DNA of 64,000 bases from Thermoprotei archaeon (GCA_003650925.1 QMSP01000006.1:18971-82970), one strand, 5' to 3'. Shown: positions 41,503-52,979, numbered from the stretch's first letter. Made by a program: numbers and translations. Notes: generated by a model not told the origin, from the sequence alone.

Positions 41503-42984
41503 ATGAAGCCATTCGAGAGACTTCACGTATATCCACCGAGATATGGCCCTGAATGGGGCTCTGGTGGAGTCTTTGGACTGAAGTACCACAGAGGCGTACT
41601 CTACTACACCTTAGCCTTTGAAGCAGAAGCCCATTTCATCAGAGATGATGTAGACCATGTATATCGCTTTGAGCAAGTAGGCCCTGCTCCTCATAGTGGT
41701 GGAGACACCTATAGTGCTGTAGATGCTGTCGATGAATATATATACTTTGGAGGATGGGTTCACGCACCGGCTGTCTATAAGGGGAAGAACCCAGATGGCT
41801 CAGCCACCATAGACTTCAAGAACAAGTACAGCCATGTACATGAATATGATGTTAATGAGGATAGAGTGCGCCTGTTGTGGAAGGAGTCGATCCATAGAGA
41901 TAAGGAATGGGCAGGAGAGATATCCAACATCCTATACGACCCTGTAAACGACCAGCTATTGCTCTCAAGACTTGATGGTCATGCAAACCTAGGAGTATAC
42001 TCTATGGACAGGAGGAGCGGAAGCATAAAGAAATTGAGTGATGTACCTTCATTGAAGAGCACACTCATACATGACCTCGCATGTTTTGAGATGAGCCGTG
42101 CTGGGATCTTCCCTGCAGTATATGGCCTTCAGTTCCTAGACCTGGTCAATAAGAAGCTGGAAATGGTTAAAGTGCCTGATGAGACCTTTAGCACATTTTC
42201 ACTTGATGGAGGCCCTGTAGAAATGCCCACGATAGGCACCATGGCATCAGCTTATCTAAGAGTTTTCACCTTCCTTCGCGGTGGCCTTCTTACATATGAT
42301 GTTGTCGAAAGGACATGGACTTTCATAAGGCTCTTTGATTTCCTAAGTGGCTATGGCCCCTTTAGGACGGTAGCACTTAACCTGGGCGGAGGCGTACTAG
42401 TTGCCTTTAACGCCTTCACTCATGGTGTGTGGCACCTGTCCAGTATACCTAAGGAGATGGTCAGGAGGCTTAACTTCATAGTAGGACCCAGTGTTCTTCT
42501 CTATATAACTCCTCCCACAGCCAGAATATTGTTAGCACTAGGAGCTAGGATAACATCCTTTGAGAGAATAGGCGACACCTTGGTGCTAGGAACTAGCACA
42601 GTGGCCAATCTTGGTGGCCTTGATGCCACACCAATAGATTCAGGATATCGAGAGCTTCTCGCCGTAAGCCTGAGCAGGCTCCTATCCTCCCCACCACCTT
42701 CACTGGAGTTCTTAGTTCCTGCAGACTTCATTCTCGATAAGCACTTTGGTGGCATTCCACTACTTGGCTATAGAGATCCTAGGCTCATCATAAGGACAAG
42801 CAAGGATATGAAGTTAGAAATATATGAATATGGAGTATTTCTTGAACCACTCGAAGCATATAAGGATGTGGTCAGTTTAAGGAAGGGTAGGAACATCATT
42901 GAGCTCTCAGGCTATCAAGGCATAGTGTCCTTCCGCCTCTCAGAGCCTGACCCAAAGGCCATCATAAGAATACGTCTACAATAA
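41503..42984 (+). CDS. Conserved archaeal protein (DUF2139-like)
   Basis: PPRYGPEWGSGGVFGLKYH...SGGDTY...GGWVHAP recalled as DUF2139 signature. Confidence 0.7.
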   Translation: MKPFERLHVYPPRYGPEWGSGGVFGLKYHRGVLYYTLAFEAEAHFIRDDVDHVYRFEQVGPAPHSGGDTYSAVDAVDEYIYFGGWVHAPAVYKGKNPDGSATIDFKNKYSHVHEYDVNEDRVRLLWKESIHRDKEWAGEISNILYDPVNDQLLLSRLDGHANLGVYSMDRRSGSIKKLSDVPSLKSTLIHDLACFEMSRAGIFPAVYGLQFLDLVNKKLEMVKVPDETFSTFSLDGGPVEMPTIGTMASAYLRVFTFLRGGLLTYDVVERTWTFIRLFDFLSGYGPFRTVALNLGGGVLVAFNAFTHGVWHLSSIPKEMVRRLNFIVGPSVLLYITPPTARILLALGARITSFERIGDTLVLGTSTVANLGGLDATPIDSGYRELLAVSLSRLLSSPPPSLEFLVPADFILDKHFGGIPLLGYRDPRLIIRTSKDMKLEIYEYGVFLEPLEAYKDVVSLRKGRNIIELSGYQGIVSFRLSEPDPKAIIRIRLQ

Positions 42985-43138
42985 ATAACTTCTCTTTCCA
43001 CTATTTATCAAATGGACTACCTTCACCTGATAGTTAGTAGTGTGAGAAGCTCAATAATAGCACTCTTCTAAGTTAAATGCTTACCTTATGAATAAAAGCT
43101 TTAATCAGTTTACTTTCTCTAGCAGAAGGCTGAGATTA

Positions 43139-44719
43139 ATGGCTGAGTTTAGGAAGTATTCAGCTGAGGATATAAGAAGGCTAGTAAAGCCTGAGTGGAT
43201 TAGGCCCATCGTTGACCCCAAGCTGTATAAATTGGTAAAGCCCTGCACAGCGAGAGAACTATGGTCTGGAAAGGAAGGTGAAATCTTCGTGGCACATGTG
43301 CCTGAAGGTGTCAACATCCCTAGATATCACTACTCTGTTGCCTACTATCTAACCAAGGCCTTGATCCATGAGTCCAAGTCGCCCAGCAAGGTTATGATAA
43401 AACCCAACAATAGTGCCTTTGTTGGTGCGTTTTGGCATGACCCTAGACTTAGGCAAATAATGCATGCCAATGGCATAGGCCTAAACGCTGATCTTCAGCC
43501 TATAGCTACTCAACCAGCTATGCTGGCTGGCATAGTCGATGCCCTTCTTGAGGAAGGTGTGGATGAGATCCACATAGCTGAGAATATGCTATGGCCTGGC
43601 CCATTAAGAGCCTTCTGGGAAACAGGCTATGTGAACGTGTTCTCAGAGGAGAAGTATAAGAACAAGGTATTCTTCGTAGACCTCTACGAAGACAATGTAG
43701 AGCTTATTGAGATGCCCATAAAGGCCATAAAGGACTACGACCTTGGCTTCTTTAATAAAATGCGTCCTCCAAAGGCATTATTTGATGAAAACTATGATAC
43801 GATTGTAATAGCATCCATAGCAAAGATGCACAACTCAGCTTTCTACTCGCTTCTCATGAAAAACTTCAGCATAACATGGAATCCTCAAGCAGTTCGTTGG
43901 CATGTACATGGCGTGCCCATTAAGCTCTTTGACAGGGAATATGTCTCCGAGCTCCTGAAAGAGAAGGTTCCTTCTGATAGAACATATAAAGTCTTCATGA
44001 TCAATGATAAAGTCATAATCTCCAATGGCCTCATATCATCTGCTCCCTTGATGACGTGTAAGGAGGAGAATGAATTGCTAATAGTGAGCGATGCACATCT
44101 ACAGTGTACCAACATGGCTCCCTTCATCCTTGGAATGGGATACGTCATTGTGAGATACCTTGGGATGTTCGCTACGATACTTGATAAGTTACGAGAGAAA
44201 GGAATTAATGTAATTGGCCTTCTCTCTGGAGTGGTTGGCATGGAAGGAGAAGGCCCCCTCATATATGGCAGAAGAAGGCTGGGAGGCTTTGCCGTTGCTA
44301 GTAATAGATTTGTAGCCGCAGAATCTCTTGCCCTTGATATTATGGTTGGGCATGGCAACATGTCCTTCCCTGATGTAGTGCTTGTAGAGAACAAGCATTT
44401 CTGTGAGAAGTACTCAATAGAGGACATGGAGAGTGTGCTAGCTGAGGCTAGAGAACCCTGGTCACTTAAACTGGCCGAGAAACTACTAGATGAATCTGCC
44501 AATCCTAGCTCATTCACAGTAAGGCTCTTTGATTTCGAAGGCCTTGAGGAGGTAAAAAGACCTTGGGACCTTAGAAATGGGCCTCCTTTCGAACTCCCCA
44601 AGGGAGTCTTCGTCTCCCCCAAGACATGGCTAAGGTTGATGTATTTTGAGGAGGCATTGTATAAGCATGCACTAGACTTCATAGACAAAGGCATTACGGT
44701 GCCGTTAGTGCCCATTTAG
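43139..44719 (+). CDS. DUF362-domain-like protein
   Basis: VMIKPN, AKMH, MKN, GMEGEGP motifs. Confidence 0.7.
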   Translation: MAEFRKYSAEDIRRLVKPEWIRPIVDPKLYKLVKPCTARELWSGKEGEIFVAHVPEGVNIPRYHYSVAYYLTKALIHESKSPSKVMIKPNNSAFVGAFWHDPRLRQIMHANGIGLNADLQPIATQPAMLAGIVDALLEEGVDEIHIAENMLWPGPLRAFWETGYVNVFSEEKYKNKVFFVDLYEDNVELIEMPIKAIKDYDLGFFNKMRPPKALFDENYDTIVIASIAKMHNSAFYSLLMKNFSITWNPQAVRWHVHGVPIKLFDREYVSELLKEKVPSDRTYKVFMINDKVIISNGLISSAPLMTCKEENELLIVSDAHLQCTNMAPFILGMGYVIVRYLGMFATILDKLREKGINVIGLLSGVVGMEGEGPLIYGRRRLGGFAVASNRFVAAESLALDIMVGHGNMSFPDVVLVENKHFCEKYSIEDMESVLAEAREPWSLKLAEKLLDESANPSSFTVRLFDFEGLEEVKRPWDLRNGPPFELPKGVFVSPKTWLRLMYFEEALYKHALDFIDKGITVPLVPI

Positions 44720-44735
44720 CTATCACATTTTCCTC

Positions 44736-45827
44736 TTAGGGCTTAACGACTACCTTTATGGCATCGTAGTCCTCTTTATGGATAGCAACTTTGAAGGCCT
44801 CTTCTATTTCATCAAGACTAAAGACATGAGTTATAAAGGGCTTTACCTTGACCTTTCCACTGCCAAGCAAGTTGACTGCAATAGTATATTCATGGTATAG
44901 ATTATTGGCGGAAGAGGTTAGAATACGTTCTCCACTGAGCATAGTAAGGTCAATGGTTATCTTCCTCTTAGACAAGGCTACAAGCACTAATCGCCCTCCT
45001 CGAGCAAGCATCTTAAGGCCCTGGATCACAGTCTCCTCACTGCCTACTGTATCAAACACCGCCATCACTCCTTCTCCGTGAGTAATCCTCAGCACTTCCT
45101 CCACTACTCTCTCCTTCCTGCTATTCAGCGTAACATCAGCTCCTAGCTTTGAAGCTATTTCCAGTGGAGTTTCACGTACATCTATGGCTATGGCCATAGT
45201 AGCTCCAGCAACTTTGGACACCTGCATGATCATCAGGCCTATGGGTCCTTGACCAATGATGGCAACTGAGTCGCCTGGCCCTACACCTCCTCTTCCAACT
45301 GCATGCACTGCAACGGCTAGCCCATCCAGCTGAGTAGCTTCTTCATAGCTTATGTTGTCAGGTATGGGATGAGCTTTGTCGTCCCATATGGGCATGTATT
45401 CAGCAAAACCACCTGGTACATATTCTACTCCCTTCCATCGACCATCGTGGCCTATATGGAGCATGTTCGCACATAGATTGTGCATGCCTCTTCGGCATTG
45501 GAAGCACTTACCACATGATTTAAACGCTATTACTCCAACTCTCTCTCCTATTCTGTCTTTTAGCTCAGAAGATCCTACTTCTACTATCTCACCTGCCACC
45601 TCATGGCCAAGGATCACATTAGGAGGCATGCCCTCCTCTACGCCTAGAGTGTGAAGAGCCCATGGATTTTCGCCGAAGTAGTACCTCACATCACTTCCGC
45701 ATATGCCGCATGCTCCCACTTTTATCAAGACTTCATCAGTCCTTGGGGATGGCACGGGGACATCCTTTAGGACGAGCCTCTTAGGAGCCTCCAGTACTGC
45801 CGCCTTCATCCTCCTCATATGTCCCAA
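44736..45827 (-). CDS. Zn-dependent alcohol/sugar-alcohol dehydrogenase
   Basis: CGICGSD, GHE, CGKCFQC...C, GQGPIG. Confidence 0.94.
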   Translation of the reverse strand: MGHMRRMKAAVLEAPKRLVLKDVPVPSPRTDEVLIKVGACGICGSDVRYYFGENPWALHTLGVEEGMPPNVILGHEVAGEIVEVGSSELKDRIGERVGVIAFKSCGKCFQCRRGMHNLCANMLHIGHDGRWKGVEYVPGGFAEYMPIWDDKAHPIPDNISYEEATQLDGLAVAVHAVGRGGVGPGDSVAIIGQGPIGLMIMQVSKVAGATMAIAIDVRETPLEIASKLGADVTLNSRKERVVEEVLRITHGEGVMAVFDTVGSEETVIQGLKMLARGGRLVLVALSKRKITIDLTMLSGERILTSSANNLYHEYTIAVNLLGSGKVKVKPFITHVFSLDEIEEAFKVAIHKEDYDAIKVVVKP

Positions 45828-45887
45828 TACCTCGCATAATATTCTTAGGAAATAAGCAGATAAAGCTCTTAGAGATTTAATGAGAAG

Positions 45888-47075
45888 GTGACTCTCTTGC
45901 GCATGGATAAGGAGCGTCTATCTCGTATAAAGCAGGCCATGGAGAGGCAAGGGATCGACCTAATAGTGTGCAAGAATCCTGAGAATGTGTTATACTTATC
46001 AGGATACTGGCCTGTCATGGGCCTATCCCTTGCGATATTTCCCCTTGACGGAGAGCCAATCCTTATAGTGCCTGAAGCTGAGCTTGAGTTTGCTAGAGAG
46101 GGCTGGATCAAAGATATAAGAGCGTACAAAGGCGAGACCTTAGACGAGATATGGGATCCGCATAAACATATCTTGAGCATTCTAAAGGATATAGAGGTGC
46201 CTGAAGGAGCTAGGGTCGGCTGTGAACTCTACTGGGAAACCATGGCTACCAATAGTGTTGTAGGAGAGTTAAACTACGCAAGCAATGCTACTTTCGACCT
46301 ACTCAGAAGAGCATGGAACGCTGAACTCCTCGACATAACCAATATGATCCTCAACCTAAGGATGATAAAGACTGAGCTGGAGCTTGAGAAGATCACACTC
46401 GCCAATGAGCTTGCCTACATAGGACTAAAAGCGGTAGTAGAGAAGCTGGGCGAAGGTGTTAAAGAGAGTGAGCTAGCAGCTGAAGCTGAGAGAGCTGTAT
46501 ACGCTGAAGGAGTAGGATATAGGAAGCTGGTTCGAAGAGCAAGGGCTTTCGCCTTCGTCATGTCAGGAGAAAATTCTTCGAGGGCATGGTATCCTTTCAA
46601 TATATCTAGCGAGAGAAGAGTAAGGAAAGGTGACGTGGTCCTCATCGAGTTCAACGTATGTGCAGATGGCTACTGGGCAGATGTTACAAGGACATGGATT
46701 CTAGGGAAGCCTTCAAAGGAGCAGGAGGACATGTTCAGTACTCTCATTGAGGCTCAAGAAGAAGCTTTTAGCGCTATAAAGGATGGCTTACCTGCAAATG
46801 AGGCTGATCTCATAGCTCGACAAGTCATAGCGAAGAAAGGCTATTCAAAGCTCTTTCCTCATAGACTAGGGCATGGTATAGGTCTAAGAATTCATGAACC
46901 ACCTGCTCTACATCCAAAGTCAATTGATAAACTGTGCTTAAACATGGTTATAACAATAGAACCAGGCCTCTATACAAAAGATTTCGGCATTAGAATTGAA
47001 GATGATGTGGTTGTGATGAGAAAGGGGATTAGAAATCTATCACCCTATTTAAAGGATATCTCTCCATGGTCATGA
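45888..47075 (+). CDS. Xaa-Pro peptidase (M24) family protein
   Basis: GYWADVTRT, HRLGHGIG, HEPP, TIEPG, GIRIEDD. Confidence 0.93.
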   Translation: MTLLRMDKERLSRIKQAMERQGIDLIVCKNPENVLYLSGYWPVMGLSLAIFPLDGEPILIVPEAELEFAREGWIKDIRAYKGETLDEIWDPHKHILSILKDIEVPEGARVGCELYWETMATNSVVGELNYASNATFDLLRRAWNAELLDITNMILNLRMIKTELELEKITLANELAYIGLKAVVEKLGEGVKESELAAEAERAVYAEGVGYRKLVRRARAFAFVMSGENSSRAWYPFNISSERRVRKGDVVLIEFNVCADGYWADVTRTWILGKPSKEQEDMFSTLIEAQEEAFSAIKDGLPANEADLIARQVIAKKGYSKLFPHRLGHGIGLRIHEPPALHPKSIDKLCLNMVITIEPGLYTKDFGIRIEDDVVVMRKGIRNLSPYLKDISPWS

Positions 47076-47080
47076 GGAGC

Positions 47081-48280
47081 CTAAGGCTCAGCTCTTTTCT
47101 TTAATAGCTTGTGAACAAATATGAGGAGCAAGGCCTGAAGCAGCTGAAATAGACTCCAAAGACCAAACGCCGTCTCAAATCCATACCACTCTATGATGGC
47201 ACCTGATATCAAGCTCGATATAAAGGCACCAAGCCCGCCCATGGCATTCACCACTCCACTCACCATGGGCGAAAGCCTTACATTGACCATTTCCACAGGT
47301 ATGGTCGACACTATTTGAGAATTGGCTCCATATAGGAAGAAGCTGGCTAGAGCTAATGTAAGGATGCCTATAATTCTATCCATTTCATAAGCTTGAGGGA
47401 ATAGGTAAACAAACGTCATGGTTGCGATAGTTATCAAGCTGGTAAACAACGCTCTCTTCTTTGGAAAGACATCGGATAATCCTCCTATCGCGATCATGCC
47501 TAAGCTTCCAGCGAGGGGTATTATTGTAGAAACTGTAGACGCCACCTCAATAGACCCCTCCTTGGAAAACACATACGAGGGAAGATACACTATCATGCCA
47601 TACCTAGTCGCATCAGCTAGTAGATAAGATAGGGAAAGGGATCCAAGAGCTATCAAATTGACTTCCTCCTTTGTCATAACCTCCACATCCTTCCTTCCTA
47701 CTACACTCCTAAGGACAAGCCCAGCGATGCCGCCAGTCAACGCTAATAACAGTCCATTAACTATGAACCCATATCTCCATCCATAGTTCGAGACAATAAA
47801 ACCTGTTAGAATCCATGTGGCTACATGCCCTATCGCCCAGCTTGTATTGAATATCCCAAGAACAGTGCCTAGCCTAGTCCTAGTGATCTCGGAGAGCACT
47901 CTTATCAACGAAGGCCATTGTACTGATTGAAGATATCCATTCATACTCCAGAGAAGCAACATTGACGTGAAATCACTACACAGCCCTAGAGACATGGTCA
48001 CTAGAGCAGAGCCCATGACTCCTAGAACTATCATGTTGCAGGGATTATGACTCATAGTAAGATAGCCGTTAAGAACCTGACCTATCGCATAGAGCACAAA
48101 GAAGCCTGAAGCTATGATGCCTATCCTCTCATAGGAAATGCCCATTTCCACACGCATCAAGGGGATGACTATCGAGAAGTTGACCCTACACAAATATAGA
48201 GTAGCATATATAGTCCACGATAATACCATGATCATGACTAGCCTAGCTCCTCTCAGCTCAGAGTGTGTATCCTTGTCCAT
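47081..48280 (-). CDS. MFS transporter (GlpT/UhpC-like)
   Basis: YLCRVNFS, YAIGQVLNG, NGYLQS. Confidence 0.88.
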   Translation of the reverse strand: MDKDTHSELRGARLVMIMVLSWTIYATLYLCRVNFSIVIPLMRVEMGISYERIGIIASGFFVLYAIGQVLNGYLTMSHNPCNMIVLGVMGSALVTMSLGLCSDFTSMLLLWSMNGYLQSVQWPSLIRVLSEITRTRLGTVLGIFNTSWAIGHVATWILTGFIVSNYGWRYGFIVNGLLLALTGGIAGLVLRSVVGRKDVEVMTKEEVNLIALGSLSLSYLLADATRYGMIVYLPSYVFSKEGSIEVASTVSTIIPLAGSLGMIAIGGLSDVFPKKRALFTSLITIATMTFVYLFPQAYEMDRIIGILTLALASFFLYGANSQIVSTIPVEMVNVRLSPMVSGVVNAMGGLGAFISSLISGAIIEWYGFETAFGLWSLFQLLQALLLIFVHKLLKKRAEP

Positions 48281-48355
48281 AGCCTACTTACAAAATTACT
48301 TCTTCTGCCTATATCCTTTCCCCTACCAACACTGCTTTCATTGACAACGTACATC

Positions 48356-49696
48356 TTATCGAGGAGGCAATAGATATGCATGGATAAATCTACCACCATA
48401 TATAAGCCTAGCCACCGGTGGAATAATTCTTCTCGTCCTAAACATCATCTTTCTAAGGACTAATACCACGTATGAGCCATGTGAAGCTTCCTTCACAGTC
48501 CTCACGACGCTTGGTATCATGGTCTCTATCCAGTACTTCAACTGTATGTCTGGAGCCACCAGGACTACGTCCTCAGGAATTATTGAAACCAGCTGCCTCA
48601 GCTCATGATACTCTTCAAGAGTTATGCTAGGCCTTATGTACTGAAGTTGTAACATGAACTGAGGTGCTATGAGGCCTAGAAGCGTAAGCGCAAGAGCTAC
48701 ACGCGCTTTTTCATCTCTAGCTTGACCTACTAACAGACCTAGAATGGGAGGGGCCAGGATAGCAGTCATCAAATTAAACCTCCACAGAAACTTCTCAGGA
48801 TGTATAGGAGTATTCAAAGCTATCAGAACTATTGAGATAGAGCTAAAGAACCTCCTATCAACATCCTCAGGCAGCTTCAAGGCTGTTATGAATCCAGCGA
48901 TGCCTAGAGCTAATGGAAAGACCAGACGAGGTGCAGTCCTCATCATGAATAACACGCCCTTCACTTCGTGACTGAATAGGCTTCTAAGATAGGAGAATCC
49001 TTTGTAGAGATCTCCTCCCATGACATTAACGAACATAAGCCTCATCATTAGAATGGTAAGGTTTGTAGCAATGGGAGGAGCCAAGTACTTGAGATGACCT
49101 TGATCACGTAGATATTCTATAGCTAACAGCATCAGTATCGCACAGGCTATGACAAAGTCCAGTATATGCGTCAACCCTGTCATTAGGACGAAAACTGAAG
49201 CCAAGATTGAATACCACAGGCTGGACTTCTTCAGGGCTAGATAACAGAAGAGCATCATGAAGGATAGAAAGGTAAGGCCCATGGCGTTCTTTATAAGATC
49301 AAAGCTCAACCTGATCAGTTCTGAGAGAAGAGCATATGAAGCGGTTGCCATCAGTCCTTCTAGGATACTGGAATAATTTCTCATCATGTAGTACATGGCG
49401 TACATGCCCAGAAGAGTTATCAAGACCGAACCAACCTTTATGCCGCTCACCAAATCCCCTATCATAGCCGAGAAACCGGCTAGTATATAGAAGGCAAGAG
49501 GAGGATCAAAGTACTTGAGACTTCCCCGCACGAACAGCGACTTTACTTGAATATAATAATAAGGTCCATTTATGCCATAGAGGAGAGGTGATGAAAACTG
49601 CTTAAGCATGTATATACAGAACACTGCCAAGAACAATGAGGTGACTAATGAGAATTCAAGCAGGTGCCCTCTTTTATGGACTTCGTGCTTAGGCAT
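48356..49696 (-). CDS. Polytopic membrane protein, possible GT-C glycosyltransferase fold
   Basis: Many TMs; GPYYYIQV and DPPLAFY loop after TM1; GLTH. Confidence 0.55.
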   Translation of the reverse strand: MPKHEVHKRGHLLEFSLVTSLFLAVFCIYMLKQFSSPLLYGINGPYYYIQVKSLFVRGSLKYFDPPLAFYILAGFSAMIGDLVSGIKVGSVLITLLGMYAMYYMMRNYSSILEGLMATASYALLSELIRLSFDLIKNAMGLTFLSFMMLFCYLALKKSSLWYSILASVFVLMTGLTHILDFVIACAILMLLAIEYLRDQGHLKYLAPPIATNLTILMMRLMFVNVMGGDLYKGFSYLRSLFSHEVKGVLFMMRTAPRLVFPLALGIAGFITALKLPEDVDRRFFSSISIVLIALNTPIHPEKFLWRFNLMTAILAPPILGLLVGQARDEKARVALALTLLGLIAPQFMLQLQYIRPSITLEEYHELRQLVSIIPEDVVLVAPDIQLKYWIETMIPSVVRTVKEASHGSYVVLVLRKMMFRTRRIIPPVARLIYGGRFIHAYLLPPR

Positions 49697-49832
49697 GTTA
49701 AGATCTCTAAAGGGAGTCGATTATAACGTCAACGCACAAGGAGGAGCATGTGGCAACCTCCTATGATGATATGCAGAAGCTTAGGAGCTATGTTTATTAC
49801 TATTCTCCTATGATTTCCTTTTAGGGGCCATC

Positions 49833-51026
49833 TTGGATACTTTAGTCATTGAGGATGCCCGCATAATCACGCCCTTCAGGGAAGTTATTCATGGTGTTAT
49901 CATAGTTGAGGAAGGTAAGATAAAGGCCCTAGGCAAGATGGGCGATGTACATATACCTAAGGATTCTATAAGGATCAATGTCAGAGGAAACATAGTCGTG
50001 CCTGGTTTTATCGATATACACCTCCATGGTGGAGGTGGAGCTGATGTCATGGATGGAACCTACGAAGCAGTAAACATCATCTCTAAGATTCATGCTGAGG
50101 GAGGAACCACATCGATGGTACCAGCTACGGTTTCAGCTCCCTTGAAGGACATCATTAGGGCCATAAATGCAGTCAGAGAGGCCATGAAGAGGGGAGTCGA
50201 TGGAGCTAAGGTATTGGGTATACACATTGAGGGTCCTTACATCTCCAAGGAGCAGAAAGGAGCTCACGATGAGAAGTACATAAGGAGTCCTACTAAAGAG
50301 GAGATAGAGGCCCTTGAGGAGCACCTCGATGTGATAAGGATAATAAGCGCAGCCCCAGAGGTTAAGGGCTGTCTTGAGCTGGGAAGAATCATGAGTAGCA
50401 GAGGTGTACTCATGTCCATAGGCCACTCCAACGCTACTCTAGATGAGGTCCTATTGGCCATTGAGGCTGGATACCGTCATGTAACGCATCTCTACTCTGG
50501 TTGCTCAATGGTTAGAAGGATAAGGGCCTATCGCTATCCTGGGGTTGTAGAAGCTGCATTTCTACTGGACGAGCTCACTGTGGAGATCATAGCTGATGGA
50601 AAACATCTTCCTCCTTCTCTCATAAGGCTGATCTTGAAGAATAAAGGCATTGACAAAGTCGCCATAGTCACCGATGCCATGAGAGCAGCTGGCCTTCCAC
50701 CAGGCAGATATAGAATTGGCTCGGTTGAGGCTATAGTGGAGGAAGGTGTTGCTTGGCTCCCTGACAGGTCAGGCTTTGCAGGCAGTATAGCTAAGATGAA
50801 TCAAATGCTAAAGGTTCTCGTAAAAGAAGTTGGGCTTAGGCTTCAGGATGCAATTAAATTAGCGACCATAAACCCAGCACGAATAATAGGGGTTGATAGA
50901 AGAAAGGGAAGTCTGATAGAAGGCAAGGATGCTGACTTAGTGGTGATGGATGCTGAACTCAACGTGCTATTAACCATGGTAGAGGGTCGAGTAGTCTATA
51001 GGAGCGAGGAGCTCTTCACGCAATAG
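49833..51026 (+). CDS. nagA: N-acetylglucosamine-6-phosphate deacetylase
   Basis: PGFIDIHLHG, HIEGPY, KGAH, GHSNA, THLY, DGKH, VTDAM. Confidence 0.92.
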   Translation: MDTLVIEDARIITPFREVIHGVIIVEEGKIKALGKMGDVHIPKDSIRINVRGNIVVPGFIDIHLHGGGGADVMDGTYEAVNIISKIHAEGGTTSMVPATVSAPLKDIIRAINAVREAMKRGVDGAKVLGIHIEGPYISKEQKGAHDEKYIRSPTKEEIEALEEHLDVIRIISAAPEVKGCLELGRIMSSRGVLMSIGHSNATLDEVLLAIEAGYRHVTHLYSGCSMVRRIRAYRYPGVVEAAFLLDELTVEIIADGKHLPPSLIRLILKNKGIDKVAIVTDAMRAAGLPPGRYRIGSVEAIVEEGVAWLPDRSGFAGSIAKMNQMLKVLVKEVGLRLQDAIKLATINPARIIGVDRRKGSLIEGKDADLVVMDAELNVLLTMVEGRVVYRSEELFTQ

Positions 51027-51096
51027 TACGCCAAGGGCACTTCACTCATAATAGGCTAAATTACCTAATAGTAATTACAGGCGGAGGTGTGACTAC

Positions 51097-52002
51097 ATGA
51101 AAATCAATTTGGCTTGGCTATACGCCATAACAAAATATGGCTATCCTCCTTCCATAGAGGATATGTATAGAGCTATTAGTGATGCAAAGAGGCTTGGCTT
51201 TAGGGCTATAGAGCTAGAGGTCTATAAGGAACGTAATCTCGTGGAGGTTGAGCAACATAAAGAGAAGCTGAAAGAGCACATTAATAGCTTAGGGCTGAAA
51301 GTAGTCAATGTAGCTGGCATATTTCCTGAGATAATATCGCCTGATGAGAATGTGAGAAGAAAAGGCCTGGAGCTCTTCAAGAGATCAGCTGAGCTCGCTG
51401 TACACTTCGATGCACCACTAATTCAGACAGACACCTTTACTCCTCCAGTTGAATTCATAGGGACAAGACCTTACAGCACCGCCATTATATTCGCCGAGAG
51501 GTATAGAATCAGAATACCTGCTGACTTCTCCTGGAGGAAGTTCTGGAGAATGCTCGTAGAGGTCATGAGGCAGTGTGCAAGTATCGCTGATGACTATGGT
51601 CTTCGATTTGCAATAGAGCCAAGGATAGGCGAGACCATAAGCAACACCGATGCTATGCTAAGACTTCTTGATGAGGTAAATAAGGATAACTTCGGTGCTG
51701 TCTTAGACACAGGTCATCTCCATGCAGCTAAGGAGCTGATACCTTTGTCAATTGAGAAGCTTAGTGGACGAATATTCTACGTTCACGTATCTGATAACGA
51801 TGGCAGAGATAACTATCATTGGGCTCCAGGCAGGGGAACTATTGACTGGGATGCTGTTTTCGAGGCTTTGAAAAGACATAACTTCAAGTACTATATAGCC
51901 ATAGACGTAGGAGGGCCTGACATTAAAGATATCCTGGACGAAGAAGTCACTAGAGCAAGAGAGTTCATAGAGGAGATGGGTAGAAAATATGGTCTTTGGT
52001 AA
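51097..52002 (+). CDS. Sugar phosphate isomerase/epimerase (xylose isomerase-like TIM barrel)
   Basis: AIEP, LDTGH, VHVSDNDG, PGRGTIDW. Confidence 0.88.
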   Translation: MKINLAWLYAITKYGYPPSIEDMYRAISDAKRLGFRAIELEVYKERNLVEVEQHKEKLKEHINSLGLKVVNVAGIFPEIISPDENVRRKGLELFKRSAELAVHFDAPLIQTDTFTPPVEFIGTRPYSTAIIFAERYRIRIPADFSWRKFWRMLVEVMRQCASIADDYGLRFAIEPRIGETISNTDAMLRLLDEVNKDNFGAVLDTGHLHAAKELIPLSIEKLSGRIFYVHVSDNDGRDNYHWAPGRGTIDWDAVFEALKRHNFKYYIAIDVGGPDIKDILDEEVTRAREFIEEMGRKYGLW

Positions 52003-52124
52003 AGCTCCTAGCCATGACACCCCCCTTACTGAATCCTCATTTGGAAACCATTACAACTAACTTACGTATTCAATTCTTCCCTTTTCTAACTTGTACTGGC
52101 GAGCTCCTCTTCACTTATGAGCTC

Positions 52125-52880
52125 TCATGCTGGTTTTTGCCCTATCACGTAACAGTATCCTATATAGTCCTTGTACTTTCTGAAGATCTCCATGTATTCG
52201 AGCATAGCTTTGAGTACATCAGGTCGTAGGACGAGCTTGCAGAGAAACTTTGTCAAACCCACTACACCCAGCTCCTTGACAAAGGCTCTCCCCATATCAG
52301 GGATCTCATCTGTAAAGTCAACGGCTATAATGTTGACAAGCCCTAGCTTCTCAAAGAATCCTTTCCACTCCTTCAAGGTCATGGTTTGAAATCCTTCCCA
52401 TACCTCATAAGCTCTTTGCACTAGCTCCTTTGGTGGCTCTCTTCTCCACATCATCTCTAGGTCGCCAATATGTCCTCCTGGCTTGAGCACTCGAATGAAC
52501 TCGCGAAAAGCTCTTTCCTTGTCTAGGAGAACTGTTGTACACTCTGCTATAACTATATCAAAACTATTATCTTCAAATGGTAGGTTATGCGCATCAGCTA
52601 CTCTAAAGTTAACCTTATCCTCAAGGCCTTTCATTCTGGCTAGCTCTCTTGCATACTCAATCATTCTCTCAGAGACGTCTATACCAACCACATAACAATC
52701 ATATTTCTGAGCTAAATAACAGGCTGTTACACCCTTTCCACAGCCTACATCAAGGACTCTCTTTCCCTTCCCTATACCGCATGCTCTTGCCATCTCATCA
52801 GTTTTCCTTAAACCACCAGGGTGCAGAACCTCTAGGCCGCAAGAATAAAGGAACTCATCAACACTAGCCATTCTCACCAC
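52125..52880 (-). CDS. Class I SAM-dependent methyltransferase
   Basis: LHPGG, VLDVGCGKG, LPFEDNSFD, RVLKPGG. Confidence 0.93.
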   Translation of the reverse strand: MVRMASVDEFLYSCGLEVLHPGGLRKTDEMARACGIGKGKRVLDVGCGKGVTACYLAQKYDCYVVGIDVSERMIEYARELARMKGLEDKVNFRVADAHNLPFEDNSFDIVIAECTTVLLDKERAFREFIRVLKPGGHIGDLEMMWRREPPKELVQRAYEVWEGFQTMTLKEWKGFFEKLGLVNIIAVDFTDEIPDMGRAFVKELGVVGLTKFLCKLVLRPDVLKAMLEYMEIFRKYKDYIGYCYVIGQKPA

Positions 52881-52979
52881 TTAATGATCCCCACATGATT
52901 ATCTTCATCCTCATGCCTAAATCTCTTACCCACTTCCTCTAGCTAACAAAACATAGTAGTCGCTCTCCTCGCAGAGCTC

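Noticed and set aside
43885-44715. 276-aa antisense ORF and many other shadow ORFs opposite core genes
   Set aside because: Ser/Leu/Thr-rich antisense products of real genes, with no motifs
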